Assembly (NCBI GenBank): GCA_963693365.1
Contig: CAVNZM010000015.1
Coordinates: forward strand, 2,356,001 to 2,420,000
Length of the DNA stretch: 64,000 nucleotides
Source of the DNA: Amoebidium appalachense
Lineage: Eukaryota; Protista; Ichthyosporea
Reading direction: 5' to 3'
The first letter of the stretch is position 1; every line of letters begins with the position of its first letter. The position numbers and the translations under genes were made by a program. The notes beneath the pieces are model-generated. The model was not told where the DNA came from. It saw only the letters and a program-made list of their open reading frames with translations, and searched no databases. Below are positions 63,501 to 64,000 of this stretch, one piece after another.

Positions 63501-63786
63501 TGCTCTTTTCCCGCGCAGACAGCGTGCTCAGCAGGCCGCCGGCAGAGGGCTTCTTGGGGCGACCAGACTGGGCAACAGAGAGGGCTTGCACTTGGGCAGA
63601 AAGCGCCTGCAGCTGCTCTTGGACGTCTACACCGTCAGAACGCCGCTGGGGAGAGGGCGACCCAGGTGGGGGGGAGGCACGGCCGCTGCGAGGAGTGCAA
63701 CAGAGCAAGTGCAGCTGGTCGGTGACTTTACAACCGACCATCTCAGGGTCATCAAAAGCCACCGAGCGCGCCTTGAGGGCTGAAAC
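60544..63786 (-). mobile_element. YR retrotransposon copy, inverted: 5'-truncated ORF1, near-intact RT-RH, N-terminal YR
   Basis: ORF1 63762-62893; RT-RH open over 62586-60763 with all motifs (frameshift near the N-terminus at about 62652); YR cut at about 60544. Confidence 0.93.
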
Positions 63787-64000
63787 GGGGGATGAGGGAA
63801 GGTATTCTTCGGGGAGGAGGGGGAGAGGGGGATGGTGGTAATGAGGAGAGGGGAGGAGGGGGGGGGGGGAGGGGAGGGAGGAGGATGGTGGTGGTAGTGG
63901 TGGTGGGGGGGTGGGGGGGGGGATAAAACAACGTTTCTGGGGACAGGGTTTTTAGGGTGGGAGGTCGAGGTTTCTTTTCTTCAGGGGAGGGGGGGGGGGA

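Noticed and set aside
63940-63960. Telomere-like TTTAGGG words here and near 1676, 2602 and 16992
   Set aside because: Isolated single motifs, not an array; no evidence of a chromosome end.

Overview
Eukaryotic, intron-rich, almost entirely transposon-derived DNA with very long poly-C/poly-G and microsatellite tracts; the organism cannot be determined from the sequence, though telobox-like AACCCTA motifs are compatible with a green-lineage host. (1) 1-17 kb: a 9-exon Plavaka (CMC/EnSpm-related) DDE transposase gene (+) sits head-to-head with a 7-exon gene (-) encoding a KDM4/KDM5-like JmjC domain with an intact H-x-E...H triad fused to an unknown C-terminal region. Intron 3 of the transposase contains a 753-bp antisense insertion, flanked by an AACCCTA direct repeat, that encodes a 5'-truncated PLD6/Zucchini/Nuc-type HKD nuclease; the full domain is not visible in the ORF track because of a 1-nt frameshift. 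(2) 17-30 kb: simple repeats and low-complexity DNA. (3) 30-34.7 kb: a 5'-truncated, degenerate Ty3/Gypsy element with a chromodomain and one LTR. (4) 36.8-63.8 kb: a scrambled cluster of at least 7 copies or fragments of a tyrosine-recombinase retrotransposon (ORF1, RT-RNase H, YR) with split direct repeats A...B-A-C-B, fragments of a second related family, and a non-coding VNTR-containing retroposon with a 14-bp TSD. Best candidates for new biology: a DNA transposon carrying its own histone demethylase-like gene, and a mobile insertion that encodes a PLD-family nuclease and sits at a telomere-like motif. All family assignments come from reading motifs by eye; no database search was run.
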